The notes under the pieces were generated by a model, which made no database searches, was not told where the DNA came from, and worked only from the letters and a program-made list of their open reading frames with translations. Shown piece after piece: positions 62,801 to 64,000 of a stretch of 64,000 nt of DNA (position 1 is its first letter; each line of letters starts with the position of its first letter). Location of the stretch: the NCBI RefSeq assembly GCF_009914755.1, contig NC_060939.1; one strand, 5' to 3'. The translations under genes and the position numbers were made by a program. Origin of the DNA: the human T2T-CHM13v2.0 reference genome, Homo sapiens.

Positions 62801-63543
62801 AAGGTTATGGAGAAAAAAGAACCCTTATACACTGTTGGTGGGAGTATAAATTAGTTCAACCATTGTGGAAGACAGTGTGGCAAATCCTCAAAGATCTGAA
62901 GACAGAAATGCCATTACTGGGTATATGCCCAAAGGACTAGGAATCATTCTATTATGAAAACACATGCATGGGTATGTTTGTTGCAGCACTATTCACAATA
63001 GCAAAGCCATGGGATCAACCTAAATGTCCATCAATGATAGATTGGACAAACACTATGGAATACTATGTAGCCATTAAAAAAATAAGATCCTGGCCTTCGA
63101 AGGGACGTGGATGGAGCTGGAGGCCATTATCCTTAGCAAACTAACACAGGAACAGAAAACCAAATACCACATGTTCTGACTTATAAGTGGGAGCTAAACG
63201 ATGAGAACACATGGACACACAGAGGGGAACAACACACACTGCAGCCTATCAGAAGGTGGAGGCTGGGAGGAGGGAGAGGATCAGGAAAACTAACTAATGA
63301 GTACTAGGCTTAATACCTGGGTGATAAAATAATCTACACAACAAACCCCCATGACACAAGTTTACCTAGGTAACAAACCTGCACATGTACCCCTGAAGTT
63401 AAAATAAATTTTTGTAATAAGAAAAAATGTGATGCACAGAGTCAGCTCTCGTAAGACAGGATGAGCTAGTTGCAGCATGCAACACTGACAAAAAAAATCA
63501 TGGAAATCCAATTTTGAGATAAAGGGCATCACATTGGTGACAG

Positions 63544-63545
<2 letters not shown>

Positions 63546-63583
<38 letters not shown>

Positions 63584-63603
63584 ACACACACACACACACA
63601 CAC
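63546..63603. repeat. (CT)n-(CA)n compound microsatellite
   Basis: Directly visible in the sequence. Confidence 0.92.
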
Positions 63604-64000
63604 TCCCAACCCATGTCACTGCATCAAATAATAGAGGGAAATATGGATTTGGAGTCAGAAAACTTAAGAATGTGTCCCAAGTCAATCACTTATTCGTTTT
63701 AAGATCTTGTGCCATTCCTTGCACCATATAGGCCTCAGTTTTTTCATCTGTAAAATAAGTCTAATACTGGTGATCCCAACTATCTTCCAGAATTGTCGTG
63801 AGAATCAAATGCAATCATATGTGCATGTGCTGCACATATTTAAGGATAAATTTCTTATACTTTCCCTATCCATCAGGCAAACATTGCTCAAAGTTGGACT
63901 CTGTAGCATTGTCAGGTGAATATTCAATTGTATGAATTCTGAATAGAAAACTATAAAAGATGAACCATCATCTAGCAAAAGAATGTTGTGCCTAGTGCCT

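Overview
This is repeat-dense primate DNA, human or great-ape-like (AluY and L1PA2-type elements). I could not support any cellular protein-coding exon or RNA gene. Most of the window is nested transposons: old L1M fragments, at least 10 Alus, MaLR/ERVL/ERV1 LTRs (MLT1, THE1, LTR16 with internal sequence, MER21, MER52, LTR12) and hAT DNA-transposon relics. It also holds several L1PA/PB copies, including a full-length minus-strand L1PA2-like element (48545-54592) with intact ORF1 and ORF0 but broken ORF2, head-to-head with an older near-full-length L1. I found no convincing new multi-gene system. The notable signals are small-scale events readable in the sequence: (1) a template-switch inversion creating a 69-nt pre-miRNA-sized hairpin inside an old L1; (2) a probable gene-conversion tract, including a shared nonsense mutation, between two L1s 13.4 kb apart; (3) two L1 3' transductions; (4) a dense RUNX/STAT motif cluster in apparently non-repeat DNA; (5) an older-subfamily patch in a young L1 ORF1. 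Subfamily names come from my recall of consensus sequences, and boundaries of old repeats are approximate.
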